Source of the DNA: the human T2T-CHM13v2.0 reference genome, Homo sapiens
Direction: 5' to 3' (one strand)
DNA length: 64,000 bases
Assembly: GCF_009914755.1 (NCBI RefSeq)
Contig: NC_060926.1
A model generated the notes under the pieces. That model saw only the letters and a list, made by a program, of their open reading frames with translations, searched no databases and was not told where the DNA came from. Below, piece by piece: positions 63,809 to 64,000 of this stretch (position 1 is the stretch's first letter; each line of letters begins with the position of its first letter). Made by a program: the position numbers and the translations under genes.

Positions 63809-64000
63809 CTCACAATATCGCAGAAAATATACACCCCCCTGTGATGTTGTTCCTGACAGCCAGGGGTAGACGATGAGATTACTCCAAATATCGAACTGAG
63901 TGTACATCCCTTCTGTGATGTTGTTGCTAATATCCAGGCGGGGAGAGGACACCTGCGCATCAGCGGGGGGTGCCCATGCCCCTGCGATGTAGCTCCTAAT
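63809..64000 (-). repeat. SATR-type type A satellite in inverted orientation (runs off the window)
   Basis: gtgatgttgttcctgacagccaggggtagacgatgag and gatgttgttgctaatatccaggcggggagagg are reverse complements of the forward monomer. Confidence 0.82.

Overview
Primate (most likely human) genomic DNA with no intact protein-coding gene. Bases 1 to ~31,042 are Alu/L1/L2/MIR/MaLR-rich intergenic sequence. They start with a canonical AATAAA that from memory resembles the DAPL1 3' end, and include a possible decayed coding relic at ~2.7-6.7 kb. At 31,043 the sequence switches abruptly, mid reverse transcriptase and with no LTR, into an OR7E-type segmental-duplication block. This block holds three + strand OR7E olfactory-receptor pseudogenes, two LTR-less HERV-E-like gag/pol fragments, palindromic SATR-type satellite arrays (~73-bp and ~63-bp monomers) and two AT-rich spacers. 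It is a tandem duplication with ~21-kb offset (31,043-~40,477 vs 52,044-~61,607; 49,317-50,282 vs 61,629-63,808). The copies differ by copy-specific deletions, share a near-identical tract suggestive of gene conversion, and the satellite inverts at the window end. The arrangement matches my recollection of the chr2q24 DAPL1-OR7E89P/OR7E28P/OR7E90P locus (unverified). No new functional system can be demonstrated from sequence alone. The most notable signals are the duplicon junctions, the palindromic satellite architecture, a templated inverted insertion inside an LTR, and the possible ancient gene relic.
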